From: Monocercomonoides exilis PA203
Taxonomy: Eukaryota; Protista; Preaxostyla
Direction: 5' to 3'
Assembly (NCBI GenBank): GCA_001643675.2
Contig: LSRY02000044.1
Coordinates: 248,001-312,000, forward strand
DNA: 64,000 bases
Below the pieces are notes generated by a model. The model saw only the letters and a program-made list of their open reading frames with translations, did no database searches and was not told the DNA's origin. Shown here one piece after another: positions 1 through 12,470 of the stretch. Within the stretch, counting starts at the first letter, position 1, and each line of letters begins with the position of its first letter. The position numbers were made by a program, and so were the translations under genes.

Positions 1-1457
1 TCATTCTGAAGAATGCAAGTGAAGCAAAGGCAAATGGAGATGAAAGGATTGCTGAGGGAGGAAAAGAAGGGAAATCTTATTGGTTGTTGATTGTGATTGT
101 GCTTGTTGTAATTCTACTGATTGTTCTGATTGTATCTATTGTTCTGGCTGTTCGATGGAGAAAAGCGAAAAATGAAGCAAAAGATCTGAGAGAGATTGTG
201 AATGACAACATCAAGAAGGATCCGAAGGCATTTGAGATGGTGACGATGGAGATGTCACCAGAGGCGCAGTGGAGGAGAGAAGAGATGAATAATGAAGAGA
301 ACGCAAAGAAGAGGGTGTATGAAAAGAAGATGGTGCATTCGGAGTCAGAAGAGTATTTGTTGGCTGAGAGTGGATCGACAGAATATATTCTTGGAAAGGA
401 TTCAGGCAAGATTCCTGAATGGGCATTGGAGAAAGAAGAAGAAGAAGAGATAAAAAAGAGAACACCATCACCTTCAATCTCATCCACAGACACAAACACA
501 ACATTTGTGAGGATGGATGATCTGTGTCCGACCACCTCATCGATATCGAATCTGGTGGATGCAATAGCATGCTCATCACCACATGAGAAGCTGATTGTGG
601 ACTTGAGCGATTCATTGTTCATGCTGTTGCATGGAAGGAACAAGACAAAGGAGATGGCAATTGGAACGCTTCAAGAGAGGGAGCAAACAGCTGCCCAAAT
701 CCTGTTCTGGGTGGCTAATCTCGCTCTCCATTCATTTGACGAAATGGAAGTTCCACTTTCCTCTCTTTCCAGTCTTAGTCCGCACATTGTTCTGTTCTCG
801 GAACACATGGTGATCTGCATTGTGATGCACTCCGGCTGCTCGTCAGATGATGATTCAGATTCATCATCCATCTCTTCATCAACAGTTGTGACATCTGCCA
901 GTGATGATGATGATGACAGTGACTCACTGCCCTCATCGGCTTTTGAGGATGAAGATGATTACAAAAAAGAGTGTCTGAGATGGAAGGCACCAGAACTGCA
1001 GATGAAGAGGAAGATGGGAGCAACGAAGGAGTCGGTTGTGTTTTCGATTGGGATGATGCTGTGGGAGTGCTTGACACTGGAGATTCCGTTTGGGGAGTAT
1101 GAGGCAGCGATTGCAGGAGATAAAATCGTGAATGGAGAGAGGCCGAGGATGGGGGAAGAGCAGTCGAGCCTTGAAGAGGTGGTGAAGGGGTGTCTGTCGG
1201 GTGAGGCAGGGCTGCGGCCGACATTGGGAGATTTGAAGCGGGAGTTTCTTGGGCACTTTCCGAAAGAGGCGCTGATCATGACAGTTTCGGATGCAGTTGC
1301 GATTCAGTCGTTGATGTATTGCGAAGCAAATGAACAGGAAAATGAGGGAGAGGATAATAATGATAATGATGAAGTTGGTGAAGTTGGTGAAGTTGGTGAA
1401 GTTGATGAGGATGGTGAAGATGAGGGAAGCACCAGCAGCAGTTGCAGTTTGAAATAG
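1..1457 (+). CDS. 3' part of giant receptor-like pseudokinase (TM + degenerate TKL-like kinase C-lobe); 5' end lies outside the window
   Basis: Open frame from the window edge to TAG 1455-1457. TM segment LLIVIVLVVILLIVLIVSIVLAV, then kinase C-lobe motifs RWKAPE, ESVVFSIGMMLWECLTLEIPF, GERP, RPT. Near-identical to the C-terminus of ORF 33783-40766. Confidence 0.85.
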   Translation, partial: ILKNASEAKANGDERIAEGGKEGKSYWLLIVIVLVVILLIVLIVSIVLAVRWRKAKNEAKDLREIVNDNIKKDPKAFEMVTMEMSPEAQWRREEMNNEENAKKRVYEKKMVHSESEEYLLAESGSTEYILGKDSGKIPEWALEKEEEEEIKKRTPSPSISSTDTNTTFVRMDDLCPTTSSISNLVDAIACSSPHEKLIVDLSDSLFMLLHGRNKTKEMAIGTLQEREQTAAQILFWVANLALHSFDEMEVPLSSLSSLSPHIVLFSEHMVICIVMHSGCSSDDDSDSSSISSSTVVTSASDDDDDSDSLPSSAFEDEDDYKKECLRWKAPELQMKRKMGATKESVVFSIGMMLWECLTLEIPFGEYEAAIAGDKIVNGERPRMGEEQSSLEEVVKGCLSGEAGLRPTLGDLKREFLGHFPKEALIMTVSDAVAIQSLMYCEANEQENEGEDNNDNDEVGEVGEVGEVDEDGEDEGSTSSSCSLK

Positions 1458-2438
1458 TTTGGAAGGGGAATGAAGGCGAGCAGAAAGAGGAAATGAAAGA
1501 AATATGGATGAATAAATATGGATGAGGTTGCTTTGAATAAGTGTTTTGTTTGTGGAATGGAAATATCAGGGCAGCTGCATTACCAGTGGCTGCTTTGTGG
1601 AATTGAAGAAAGTCAGATTTTTGTTTTAAAAAAAAATTTATTTTATTATTTTGAGAATGTGTTTTGATTTGTGGGAAAGCCTCAAATGAATATTTGTTTT
1701 TATTTTGTTTGTTTTATTTCACTAGATTTTGTCATTCACCAAAACAACTGTTTGCGTTTGTCTTTTTTTTCGTTTTTAAGCATTTGTGATTGTGTTTCCC
1801 TTTTTGATTGTTAACAGACATGAGTATTTATTTTCTGTTGTGTCTCATATATTTATTGTTTTGATTGATTTTCCAACACCTTTTTCGAATGTTTTGATAA
1901 ATAGGTTTTTGTTGAATCACCATTCTTATTTTTCGATTGTTAATCCGATATGTATTTGCAGTCATCTTCTTGTGTAGCTCAAACCATTTTTGTTATTTTT
2001 TCCCATCTTTTCAATTTTTGTTTCATTTATTTTTTATTGATTGAGTGTTTTCAGCACACAACACCAACACAGCTTGAATAATGAAGTGATAAAGAATAAT
2101 TTTTTGGAAATTGAGGATTTTTTTAAATAATTGAAGCATAACAAATACTGAACAAATATTATCGCTCAAATTATTCAGAAACGGCACATTGAATAATAAG
2201 GAGATAATTCTGTTTTATAACAATTTCTTAGAAAAAGTTTGTTCGAAAATTTGAGAAAAAAAATTACACTAAAAAAATGGCAAATGAATGGGGTATAATT
2301 ATTGCAATTTTGAATTACACAGAGATTTATTTCAAACTTTTTCTACAATTATATCACAAAAAGAAACCACAACAGTCAAAAAATGTTTTGAAAATTTTAT
2401 TAAAATGAGAAATTATTTTCAAATTAAGAAGAAAAGAT
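1..2438 (+). repeat. Segmental duplicate of 39328-41741 (receptor 3' end plus ~1 kb of 3' flank)
   Basis: Colinear high identity from tcattctgaagaatgc (1 / 39328) through the non-coding flank to gaagaaaagat (~2438 / ~41741), then abrupt divergence. Confidence 0.95.
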
Positions 2439-2481
2439 TAAAATTTTCAATAGAGCGAATCATCAAACGCAAGAAGCAGGT

Positions 2482-4270
2482 TTGCTCGTCGATAAGAAGT
2501 ATTGTTCACAATTTATGGGAGGTTTAAGATCTGACTTCGCCAATACTCAAATTCAAAGAAGATCTTTATTGTCCGCAATAAAAATGACACAAGATCCTGT
2601 TTTTATAATATACAGAGGCTGTGATGGAAAAGATTTAGATCGAATTCTGAAACTGGAAAGAGAGGAAAATATTATTGAAGAGTTTTCCAGTGCCTGAGCT
2701 TGAAATGCATCATCGTGAATGGAAGGAAGTGCACAGCTTATAAAGACTAATAGAAAACCGCGCATAGTGAAAAGACAATTCAAGAATAGAAGCTACAAAA
2801 CATTGTGAGATAATCATTGGAAAGAGTTCAACGTTGCTCTGCGAAACAATTTCAGAATTAGAAACCACGAAAAATCGTGAAACATTTTCATAGAATAAAG
2901 ATATGTATTTCAATGTATTTTCAAGGAAAATGTAACAACAAAATATTTTGTTCATTTATTAGGAAGATGAGCCGCACATGCCACGAGATGTTGGAAAATT
3001 TAGAAATCGCAAGATATTTCAAGAATAAAAGAAGATATATGCGAATATTGCAGAGAGATTATAATAGAGAAAGAATCTCCTTTTAATAAATATTTGATTT
3101 ATTGAAATAAAGACATGCATTCTCAAGAGATTATTCCAAAGAATGAAATTACAAAAACTATAAAAATATATAAACCGAACAAAGAAAAAAGAGCCGCGCA
3201 TAGGGTGGAAATATAATATAACATTGAAACAACAGAATATTGATTGAATTTTAAGGAAGAAGAGACGCGCTTTACCGCGAGATCATGATTCGTTCAAAAG
3301 ATAGAAGAGATACGCATTGCAACGAGATATGGATAAGAAGAAAATCATCTTTAACAAATAGAAGTTTATTAGGGAATAAGATGCGCAGCTTCGCGAGATA
3401 TTGATTAATGCATCAACAGAACAGACACACATATATAACAAGGAAAGTTATGAAAATCAAGACACAGATTGCAACTAGATATTAATAGAAGGATTATTTC
3501 GTAACAGTTAAAAGATAATTATTTTTTACGGAGCTGTGCATAATCGAGAGATTGTTACAGAGAATTAAACCGAGTTTGATCTCGAGATTATGAGAAAAGA
3601 GAGAGAAAAGAGAACAACACTCAGCAGCTTGTTCATGAGATGAAAGAGAGAAACCGCGTTCAATTGCGAGATCATGAGAGGAGAGAGAGCAGAGAACCGC
3701 GCTTCGCAGAGAGATGATAATAGAAATAGAAAGCTCAGAAAATCGATGGGCTTTTGCAAAGGAAATACAGACTAGTTGCATTGGGACACAACATCAAAAC
3801 TGAAAAAGTGAAATATGATTAATTAATTATCAGAAATGATACGATTCATTTCAAGAGAAATTATCACAAATGTGAAACCGCGAAATTTAACGGGAGTGAG
3901 AGAGAAAAAAGATCCATGTATTGTCGCGAGATTATTGTGGAGTCACAAATCACTTAAGATCGAAAGAGTTATTATGAAGAGAGAGATGAGTTTGTCACGA
4001 GATAAGGATGGAGAAAGCAATTGAGAGATATTGGGATTTGATAATACGATAAGAAACATTGCATTTTCGCGAGATAGTGCAAGTATAGAGACCGCAAAAT
4101 TTTTCGAGAAAATTGAAGAAGTGAAACCCGCTAAAAAACGCGAGGAGAAGACAGAGAATGAGACCGCTGATGACCGCGAGAGGCGGATATAGAAATAAGC
4201 CGCAAAGAATGAAGTGAAGAAACTCGGAGAAGACTCCGCATATCTCAGCGAAAATGCTGAAAGACGCTCT
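2482..4270 (+). pseudogene. Decayed gene for a 12-aa tandem-repeat protein (~40 units of 36 nt, some 45 nt)
   Basis: From 2757, units such as acc gca aaa ttt ttc gag aaa att gaa gaa gtg aaa / ccc gct aaa aaa cgc gag gag aag aca gag aat gag / acc gct gat gac cgc gag agg cgg ata tag aaa taa (4091-4198). Consensus (T/D)-A-x-x-R-E-I-x-x-E-x-E. Many stops and 1-nt deletions. Confidence 0.6.
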
Positions 4271-4563
4271 CAGCCGGACTTAGAAAAAAAACCGGACTAT
4301 GCACTGAGAGTGGAAAAAGTTGCAGAGACATTTTAAACATTCGCACAGAGAAGACTAGATATAATTGCAGACACGATTGCTTTTGTGCCCTGCGGAACTA
4401 TTTGTTAACTATTTCCTCTGAAAGGGAAGAGAAAGATAGAATTGTTTGAAATCGAGATTGTGCTTGTTCATTATGGGGAAACATAGGGGCATAGGTGTAA
4501 CTGTCAACCTTTTGTAATTCTGGATTTTAACAATTAATTTTGTGATGTTTCAAAAGCAAAAAC

Positions 4564-4640
4564 TATTTAAAAACTTTTGTATGGACCGATTTTTCGCAAA
4601 AATTTTGGTTTCTCGTGAAAAAACTATTTTTAAAAATGAC
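4564..4640 (+). repeat. ~80-bp dispersed repeat, inverted copy at ~17841-17917
   Basis: tatttaaaaacttttgtatggaccgatttttcgcaaaaatttt...aaaaatgac matches the reverse complement of gtcatttttc...cttttcgaaaaatcggtccataaaaagtttttaaata. Confidence 0.75.
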
Positions 4641-6029
4641 ACATAAATATGAGTATTTTTTCAAAAAATAAATAAAATAAGATAATAATGAAAAAAAAAG
4701 TTGATAAAAGGTCATTAATTATTTCATTGTCCTATTTCAATAATAATAATTTGAGAAATGAAACATAAAAAAAAAATAAATTAAAAAAATTAAAATATTT
4801 TGATCAATCCCACAATTTAATTTTCATGTTTGAAAGGAATCTGTTTTTGCTTTTTTGCATGATGGATTGTGCAAATTCTGGTGAATCCACCTTTAACTTT
4901 ATATTAAATATATTTCACATTAATGGGTGAAAATAAACATTTGAATTTGCTTCTAAAGTCTGCGCATTTTCATTTTGAATGTCAAAGATCATTTTTGTTC
5001 ATTTCAGAAATGATTCAGTTTTGAAAATGCTATTTATTAATTCCTCTTTTTTGTTAGTATTGCATAATATTTCTATTTTCTCTAATGTTCATTTGTATTA
5101 TTCATATTATGTTTTTTTCTTTTTAGTGTTCATTTTAGCATACCGTTAATTGATATTCGATTCAATTTGATATTTTCAATAACTTTTAAAATTTATTGCA
5201 ATTTCTTTTAAAAAATATACGAATGAATTTAAAGGGCTTCTCCTTCAAAAAGAACTGCATTGGAAAAAAAATATAGAAATTTCATATTCATTTTTCCTTT
5301 CACTTTTTAAATTTTATATCAGTTCATTGAGAAAAAAGAGCGTTCTTTTTATTCATCAGCCTTTCCGTTGCATGCTTCATCTATTTGGAATGTCAAAAAA
5401 CTACGAAAAAATTGTTTGATTAAAAAATGACAAATAAATAACAGAATGAACAAAAATTCCATTACAAGAAGTTTCAAATTCTTTCTCTATCTCTATCTTT
5501 ATCTTTATCTTTATCTTTATCTCTATCTCTATCTCTATCTCAATCTCAATCTCAATCTTTATCTCTTTCCCTATCTTTCACTTTATCTCTTCCTCGTATT
5601 TGTGGATAGTCCAAGTCACTTCTCCTTTTTTCTCTCCCAGAATGCAAATTGCGTTCTTTCACATCAAAATCTCCATATTCACTCTGTTCTTGTCTGTCGC
5701 TCTAATCTTTCGCTCCTCTCCCTTTCTTCCCTCTCTTTCATTCATCTTCATTGCTTCTTCTTCTTCTCCTCCTCCTCCTCTTCTTCTTCTTCTCAGCTCT
5801 CCTTCTAGATTCTGCCTGATGTTTAAATTGACAGACGCTAGTGGCAAAAAATGATGGAACGGAGAAAACGAAATGGCAACTGGCTTTTCGGCTGCTCTTT
5901 CTCTTTTTCTCTCTTTCTCCCACTTCGTTCTGTTCTTATCTCTATCTCTATCTCTATCTCTTTCCCTTTCTCTTCGCTTGTCTCTTTCTCTCTCTTCATA
6001 TTCTTAATCCTCTTCTTCTTTTCTCAAAA

Positions 6030-7340
6030 TCTTTGTCTTCTTCTCATAATTGCCTTCCCTTTCCCTTTTCCTCCCTCCTTCCATCTCTCTCCCTCTCCCT
6101 CTCTCTCTGCTCTCCTCAGCAGCTCCTCTGGTAACATTTCCATCATCACTATCTCAATCAATTTCCGATCCTTCTTCACTGTGTCATTCACAACCTCCTC
6201 CAATTCTTCTGTTCTTCTCTTTTGCTTTCTTTAATGAATTGATACAACAACAAATCCTATCAGAATAATAAAAAGAACAATTGCCATGGCAATCACATCC
6301 CACTATGAACTTGTCAAGTTGCCTCCTTTCACAACATTGTCATCTCCACTTGTTTTGGATTCACTCCTGTTCTTTAGGACAAATGGATCAGTTGAGGAAG
6401 GAGGTTCTGCATTCCCAAATATAATGTGCACACTCACTTCGATTTCATTTCCACAACTGTTCATGAGATCCTTTGCCACACTCCCTTCTGCTTCTCTTTC
6501 CGATAAAAATCCATTTGAATCAAAATCATGCTTTTCAATTTTTTTCTCTTCTCCCTTCCTCTTCACAACTGAGAATGACAAGTTGCATGGAACAAGAAGC
6601 ATTCCTTTGAATATCAGCTTCATTCTATCTGCCTCTTCTTTTGCTTCCACACTCTCCAGAACTGGAATGAAGAACGATGAATCCCTCTCAGAAGCAATCC
6701 CTTCAAAACTGCACCCATCATTCAACATCCAAAGTGATGAATTTGGAAAAGCTCCATCCCCTCCTTTCAAACTCATCGCATTCAATGTTCCTGAATCTGA
6801 ACAGATGATGTTCCTTCTCAATGACGGTAATCCTTCAATTGATGGATTGTTGTTCTCAAATCTTCCATCATTAACAGTCAATGCCCCTCCACTCATTGTT
6901 ATTCCACCTTCTGGTGAATTCGAGATTGTTGTATCTTTCATCAAAACAGAACTCTTCACAACATCCACAAGAGATCCATCCCATCTGCACATCTCTTCTT
7001 CTTCCACATTCAAATTCTTCTCATTTCTTTCCTTTGAGCTTCCATCAAAAATGCAATTGTCCATTTTCACATCCAAACAATCCTCCAGCTTTATCAACTT
7101 CCCTTTTGTTTTGTTTGAACTGACTCCACCTATTGTGCAATTTGCTAACTGAATTGTCTTTTTCATTGACAGGCACGATATTAATGATTCTTCATTTCCT
7201 TCAATTATGATATTTTCCGTATTAATATTGATAAATTCCAATCGCCCACATTCATTAATATCTATCAGAGAAGTTTTAGCTGTTGAATTGCTGATCTCAA
7301 ACAAATAAATCACTGATGGAAGTGATGATGATAGATATAT
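6030..7340 (-). pseudogene. 3' half of a receptor-family gene interrupted by the 7341-15524 element
   Basis: ORF 6303-7388 aligns with the membrane-proximal ectodomain of the 2327-aa ORF (IYLSSSLPSVIYLF...CRWDGSLVDVVKSSV...). It continues past TAG 6303 into a TM/juxtamembrane segment with further stops. No kinase domain follows. Confidence 0.85.
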
Positions 7341-10300
7341 GGCACAATCTTTTTGAAAAGTCGGAAAGCTTGAATTTCGAACCCACAAAAGATCACAAAT
7401 TCGAAAACTCTATTTTTTGGCAATTTTTGTCTCTTATCATACACAACATTTCCATAACATTATTCTCAAATGATTTATAGCATTAGAACAAATCACAAAC
7501 ATTTTCCATATTTAAATTTTATAATGTTTCAGTGATCAATATGAACAATAATCTTAAAAAGATTGATTATTGAACATAAGCACTTCATAAACATTGAGAA
7601 CGTTTATAGAAATTATTTTATCTTAATGTTGAATGTATTAATATCTCGTTAAAATTCTTTGCAATCAGCCAAATTTTGAAGTTTGACAAAGCGATGAATG
7701 TTGTTTATTTAACAAACCAATCACGAAAATTTTTAATTGAATAATGAAACATTCCTTTTCTTGTTGTTTTCAATTTATTTATGGATTTATTTGTTATGAA
7801 ATAAATACGTATTGTTATTATTAAGCGAAAACTGTGATTTGATGAATTTCATATGAAATAACGAAATAAAAAAGGAAAGAAAAATAAGAATTACAAATTT
7901 GGACATACCTGTAGAATATTTCTATACTCAAACAATTGTACCAATCATGGAAATTGCTTTTCTAATTGTGTGTGAATTTGTGTTCATTGTTTTATTGGAA
8001 CCTCCAATCCTCATTAAATTTTTAATAAACAAATTATCGAAAAGCCTTCATTTTCATCTTCTTCTTCCTATTCCACTTTCTTTTCCTCTCCTCTACCTAT
8101 ACACTTTCTGCAGACGAACCCATTGATGATACCAAACCAGTGAACGTAAGCGTTACCGAAATATTCCTTAATAAACACGATCTTGATGACGATGATCCTG
8201 CAAAAAATGATGATGGGGAAGTGCTAGTGAGGGAAAGCCTCAAATACTCACTCAATTTGCTGTACAAATTGTTATGTTCCTCTCTTTTTCTTTTTCTTTT
8301 TCTTTTTCTTTTTTTTCACTGCACCTTCGCTGCACTATTCTTCACCACCGATGGTTGCCTCAATTTCTCCACCTTGCCACTCTCATCTTTCAATCCTCAA
8401 ACTTCAACCTCTCTTCTTCTTTTGCTTCGCCTTCACCTTCGCCTTCTCTTTTTCATTCATCATCATCTTCTTCCTCTTCTTCGTCGTCAGCTTCTTCTGA
8501 CAATTCATCTATCTTGTCTGTATGCATTTGCTACAAATCCCATTCACACAAGGGACTTTCCAACAGGCAAAACGGAAGAATGCTTTTCTCTTCTTTTGCA
8601 GTGAAAAATAGGAATCTTCATCCATTAGGCTTCTTGTCTGAGATAAATCATCACATATCAACAATCGTTGGTATCATCTTCAGCACAAAGCAGCAATCCA
8701 GCAGTTCGGATAGCCAACATTGACAGTCGCTCAGGCTCTCAAGTTCTTACACTGCGAACTGTTGCACATTACTCCACAGGCCATATACATATTGACTCTT
8801 CCACTTCCACCAACATGGAAGAGCAGCAGCATCCACAGTCGCTCCAAACTTCACAAGACAACGGTGCGTCTTTTGCAATCCAGGAGCAGAATGAATCATT
8901 TCATTCTGAACTTTCTTTCCAAAATCAGATGGAGTGTGAATAGCAGTCTGCTCTTCCTCTGCTATCATCTCCACTGTAAAACGAGTTGTGAAATGAATTG
9001 GGGAAAGAAAACTTTTGTGGAAGTGGAAGCGTATGTGGCGTTGGTAGCGAGGAAGATTTAGGAGATGAAGCTGGCGTTGTTGGCTTTTAGAACACCGATT
9101 CTCTTTCATTTGTCAACATGGTATTACAGAATTAGCAGGCACAGCCAGAACGGGGAGAGTGCTTGTGGAGGAAGGGAAAGCAGCAGCTGGAAGATGAGGA
9201 GAAGTGAAACCAAAGAGACTTCAGTGAGGCAGAGAGAAGTGATTGCATGGCTGGTTGAGACGCTGGTTTGTGATAATTTGGACTGGGAAAGAGTCTAATA
9301 ATTTTGTAAGTTTTGAAGAAGAAGAAGAAGAGGAAGAGGAAGAAACAGAATCAGAAAAGGCAGACAATGCAAACGGATGTTCCGAAGTCGAATGACTTAA
9401 GCGATTAGAATCTGAGCCAGGCACTTTCGAGCCACTTTACTGATTCTGCCGTGCAAAATGCTCGTTTTCTTCGTCGTTCACTCTCTGCCTCCTGTGCTTC
9501 TTCGGCGTTCTCTACCTTCTTGCTACACTTTGCTCTTCTTCTTCCGCCTTTTATCCAGCTTCATTGCCCAAGTTGAGGATTATCTCGCTATCATACAGAA
9601 TTCCTATCTCACTCACTTCCCTCCCTACAAACTCCAGCCCCGCTTTCTTCAACAGTCTCATTTGCTCATACTGCAGTTCCTCCTTCTCTCTTTCTTCTCT
9701 CCCTTCGCTCCTCTCTCTTTCCACTGTTCCTCCTCTTCCTCCTCCTCCGCTTCCATCTCCTCCTCCTTTGCTGATTCCTCTATCACTCCCTCCTTCCCTT
9801 CCTCTGCTTCTTCTTCCCTGTCTTCCTCCTCCTCCTCCGTTTCCCAATTCGCACCATGGCGACAACCACTCGCTTTCAGGAAACACTTCATCATCCTTCT
9901 TCATCTGCTGTATTATTATCTTCCTCCTTATCTATCTCTTCTCCTTCTCCCTCTGGTTTTGCATCAGGTTTCTCTCGCTCATCATCGTTGTGAACCCGCC
10001 GTCCGCACAAACCGCCAGAATGACCTCTTCTTTCCTCCTATCCTTCTTCCTATCCTTCTATTACGCTTCTGCTTCTGCCTTTGTCTCTGCATCGTCTGTC
10101 TTGTCGCTCCAGTTGTAAACATCAAACAAACTGAACCCTCCTCTCTCGTCGTCTGCCAGTCAATTGTCCTCTTCTTCCTCTTATTCCTCATCTTCCTATT
10201 CTTCCTCATTGTAACTATCACAGGAGCCGGACTCTTCCTCTTCTCTCAGCATCATCAACCCGATGGAATCAATGCTTCCACTCAACGAACATTTTTCTTG

Positions 10301-10707
10301 CTTCTGAAGCTTCGTTCGCTCTTGAAGGCGCTGCGACCTTTGTCTTTCGGATTCTTTTGCTCTGGACAAGCAAGAGGAGACAGTGAGTGGAGGAGACATC
10401 GGAATGGAAAAAGCGGTTGGCGTGGGAATCAGGATATGGGCCGAAGCGCGTAGAGGAGTGGGGAGAGGAGAAGCTATAGAGCAAGATGATGTGAAAACTT
10501 TTTGTGGAAGCCGGCGTTTGTATGTTTTGGAGACAGAATCTGGAAGGGTGAGTTAGAAGGGGTGGCATTTAAAGATTGTGAGTGAAATGGATAGGATGAT
10601 GGTGATGGTGGTGGTGGTGATGATGATGAGGTGGAGAAGAAGACGAAGACGAAGAAGAAGAAGAAATCAAAGAAGAAGAAGAAATCAAAGAAGAAGAAGA
10701 AATCAAA

Positions 10708-10881
10708 GAAGAAGAAGAAGAAGAAGAAGAAGAAGAAGAAGAAGAAGAAGAAGAAGAAGAAGAAGAAGAAGAAGAAGAAGAAGAAGAAGAAGAAGAAGAA
10801 GAAGAAGAAGAAGAAGAAGAAGAAGAAGAAGAAGAAGAAGAAGAAGAAGAAGAAGAAGAAGAAGAAGAAGAAGAAGAAGAA
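10708..10881 (+). repeat. Pure (GAA)58 microsatellite within a larger purine-rich tract (~10635-11305)
   Basis: Uninterrupted GAA run read directly. Confidence 0.95.
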
Positions 10882-11031
10882 GATAATGATGATGACGTGT
10901 TAACCAATGAAATGGTAGCAAAAGGATGAGAAGAAGAAGAAGAAGTGGAAGTGGAAGAAAGAGAAGAAGAAAGAGAAGAAGAATTAAAAGGAGAAAGAGA
11001 AGAAGAGGAAAAGGAAGAGGAGGAAGAAGAG

Positions 11032-11063
<32 letters not shown>

Positions 11064-11144
11064 AGGATGAGGATGAGGTGGTGTATTAATTGAAGAAGAA
11101 GAGGAAGAATATAAATTCGAATAAGAAGAAGAAGAAGAAGAATT

Positions 11145-11177
<33 letters not shown>

Positions 11178-12447
11178 AAAAGAAGAAGAAGAAGAAGAAA
11201 AAGAAGAAGAAAATATCATAGATAAGAATGAAGCAGTAGGATAGGAAATATGACTGGAGAAGGAAGAAGAAGAAGAAAAAGAGGAGGAAGAGGAGGAAGA
11301 AGAAAGCAAATGAAACTACCTCGTTCCCTTTTTTGACATTCTGCATTGTTTCCATAAACACTGCAATGATATATTCATCCAAATGCCAGACACAACTTGT
11401 AATTAGCCAGTAACCTCCAATATTCCACTCACTCAATTTAAAACATTTCATAACTCATTCCACTTCCTGCAGAGCGATAGCAGCGCCTTCTTCAAAGCAA
11501 AGCCTGGGTAAACCTGTGGAATATCCAACGGAGTATTTTTTTTCTCCTCCGAATGATGGCGGAGAAAAGCTGTTTGAGCTTTTCGCATTTGAAGATGATG
11601 AAAATGTGCAGTGTTGCTTGAAATTCAACGAAGGAGCGAAAGATTGCTGTAGGAAAAGAATTCCAAGGAATTCTAGCTGATCACGGCGAGCGATAAGCAT
11701 ATTAAAGCCGGACTGAAAAAAAGACGCAACCGAACAATCTGTTGCCAATGCTGGAGATCACGCAAAACTTCATCAGATCGACAATATTTTATACACAGTT
11801 GCGGGTAAACTTCTTCATTTTCCTGTATCTCGGGACATTCCACTTTTCCATATCCAAATAGATTGCCATCTTCTATTTTTAATGTGTTTCAAAAAGAAAC
11901 ATTTTCAACGAGTTTCTCAGTTCAGAATTAGACCTTATTTTATGCATCCAATCTTTAAAACTGTTTTTATGTCAATCGAGTTGAAACAAATGACTACGAA
12001 TATGTAATGACCATAAAAGATAAAATGCTGCTTTTAGAAAAAAAAACTGCAAAATAAAAATGCAACAAACATATCAAAACTTGAATCAAATGACTGTTTT
12101 TGGTAAATATGAAAAATGTTTGTTGGTTACATTTTTGCAACAAATATTATTAAATAAGTGTTCACTGCGACAGAAAACATTCAAACAGGAACATAATGCA
12201 TTTTTCAATATATGTAATTTGAATATCTATAAGAAATTAACAAAATAAACCATTGTTTCCTTGTAGATTGATGAAAGCAGTAAAAATTAAAAATACCTCC
12301 TTTCATATTTTTAATAAAAAATTCTATTCTGGTTTATCGAAAAAAACAAAAGGAAAGTATAGTTTCAATTTCATTGTTTGTACTGCAATGAAGAGTTGTT
12401 GAAATATGACATATTATTTATTATTTGAAAAAAAGCAAATGTCAGAC

Positions 12448-12470
12448 GATCTCTGATATTTCAAAAAGAA
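12448..12470 (+). repeat. Internal exact 23-bp copy of the right TIR of the 8.2-kb element
   Basis: GATCTCTGATATTTCAAAAAGAA is identical to 15496-15518. Confidence 0.85.

Noticed and set aside
2757-4270. CRISPR- or TIGR-like guide array (36-nt units with 9-nt variable segments)
   Set aside because: The repeats are highly degenerate, length variants are mostly +9 nt and translate to a consistent peptide motif, and no Cas or Nop-domain gene is nearby.
10569-11309. Poly-Arg/Lys/Leu/Ser ORFs
   Set aside because: Artefacts of the GAA microsatellite.
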